A stretch of DNA of 64,000 nt. It comes from Perna viridis (lineage: Eukaryota). Made by a program: the position numbers and the translations under genes. Shown here one piece after another: positions 62,201 through 64,000 of the stretch. Position 1 is the stretch's first letter. Every line of letters begins with the position of its first letter. The notes below the pieces were generated by a model. That model worked only from the letters and a program-made list of their open reading frames with translations. It ran no database searches and was not told the origin of the DNA. The stretch covers positions 28,178,995-28,242,994 of the forward strand of contig CM074523.1 in assembly GCA_037379345.1 (NCBI GenBank), read 5' to 3'.

Positions 62201-64000
62201 GAGGTCTGATTATCTAAACATTATCTTCAGTAGAAGCTGAAAAATCTTTTACAGAAAAGTGATATGGACAGATGAACGGATAATATGATTGTTATATACC
62301 AGAAATCATTACATTTCTAAACTTTTGTATGTCTTGAGTCCGTACATTGGCCTGAATAGTAAGGTAAAATAGTAATGCAATTTGTAAAGGAATTAATTAA
62401 AAAAAAAGTTTCAATGTTCCAGGACAATAATTTGAATACCAAAATGCATCCACATCAATATAACCGCAAAACAAAAGAAATCAAGTTGTAAGCTGCAAGC
62501 TGTGAAAATTTTCAGGATCAATACCACTGCTATCAAATGTGCAGGATACAACAAAAACTTAAAATGACTATATGCATTACAACCAAGTATGCTTTTGATC
62601 AAATATTCAATTATTTTTTTTTAAAACCAGCCATTTTATTTGCACAAACAAAACGAAATGAAAAATATTCAAGATTATGTTAAAGTGAAAGCAACAAGTA
62701 TGCCCCATCTATATAAAGCCACGTTGGAAATAATCTGCCCATTAGGAGCCAAGATAATTTAAAAGAAATTTAGATGGACCACATGACAGTCGGATGGACG
62801 GGGAGATTCCAATAAACATGTACCACTAATTGAATTGGGGTATACATATTAATAATTGTTTTCAGACAGCAGACGGCAAATATGCCAAGGATGTCAAAGA
62901 ATGTCTGTAACTTGATATAACACATGACTAGATATCTTGGGAATTCTCATTGGCATATGACCAAAACATGGGAAATTCTGTCTTAGTAACTATAAATAGC
63001 TTTTTTTAGTCTCTTTGTAAACAATTCACAATGCAGAATAAGCATTCATATGCATAAGTATTTCCCTATTTGCCATAGCATTAACTTCAAGCTCATTTAA
63101 AACTGGATTTCCCCATTATCATCTTATTTCATATTTATCTTTTTTTTCAAACAGGAAAAGTTCACCTATCACTTGAAACAGAAGGAAGGTGACTTTTAAC
63201 GATAATCCTTGTTTCTGTATTCACGGGCTTCATGTTTTCATGTTTGATCTTCAATTATTTACGTATACTTAAAAATCAGGAATTCCTACCTGGAGGTAAG
63301 TTGCAATTCCTACCTGGAAGACACCTGAACTTTAACTCGTAATTGAAAATTACTTATTCAAGAGTACAGTATTTTGTACTGTTTTAAAAACTTTTACCAT
63401 AAATTGAACATTCTCATATGAGGGATTTTGAACTTTTTCTGCTGCATTTTGTCACGTTTTATTTTATTTCTTAATAGTTATTTCATCTCTAGATTATCTG
63501 ATGTTTTACAGGGTCAGCTTTTTTTGCTAGGTAGCCTATAGGACTAATTGAAAGATAAATTAGATAATCCTCAAAATTGGTTTGTTGTCCTTTCCTTAGG
63601 ACTAATAAAATTTTAAGAATTATTTGAGGTAGCCTATGCTGGACTATCAATGAAAATAAAATTTAATCCATTTTCAAATTAGGTAGGCACAGGACTACAA
63701 ACTATGAATAATGTTTAATATAAGAAAAAAGAAAATCTCTAATGTTTTGAAAACTGGCAGTATATAACATAATACAAATACTACAAGGTAAAAACATCAA
63801 ATGTGAGGTTTTCGTAGATGTACTTTAAAATAGAAACAAATGTAAAAAGGATTAGATCATACCAGATTTATTTTTACCCACCAATAACCGTCGATTACGT
63901 TTACGATATACCCAGTGTTATTTACGACTGTTTTCTGAAATTGATATTTAACCAGGTAAAGTTGTTATTAATAATATAATTGTGTGCAGTAACTCCATAC

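Overview
AT-rich, intron-containing animal DNA; the repeat content and genes suggest a bivalve mollusc (inference). There are two host genes. (1) A chitin synthase on + whose last 13 exons (<1..15455) I rebuilt by hand with GT-AG sites and consistent phases; one 5.7-kb intron holds a decayed Gypsy element. (2) A gene on - (about 49960..35604, 10 exons, ~479 aa) that is mostly invisible in the ORF track. It encodes a signal peptide, an unassigned Cys-rich domain, a Thr/Ser/Pro linker, two ShKT domains and a C-terminal domain whose motif spacing resembles bacterial Tae2 / domesticated Dae2 peptidoglycan amidases, apparently with an altered catalytic dyad. The rest is mobile DNA. This includes a full-length decayed Gypsy element (20113..29858, ATAT target duplication) with an extra zinc-finger ORF, and about 10 fragments of one Penelope-like (Naiad-type) family sharing a structured 3' end. 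It also includes a 514-bp SINE-like insert with a 14-bp TSD and a 5' pseudoknot, LINE and Harbinger fragments, MITE/Helentron-like repeats and minisatellites. All family assignments come from motif recognition, not database searches.
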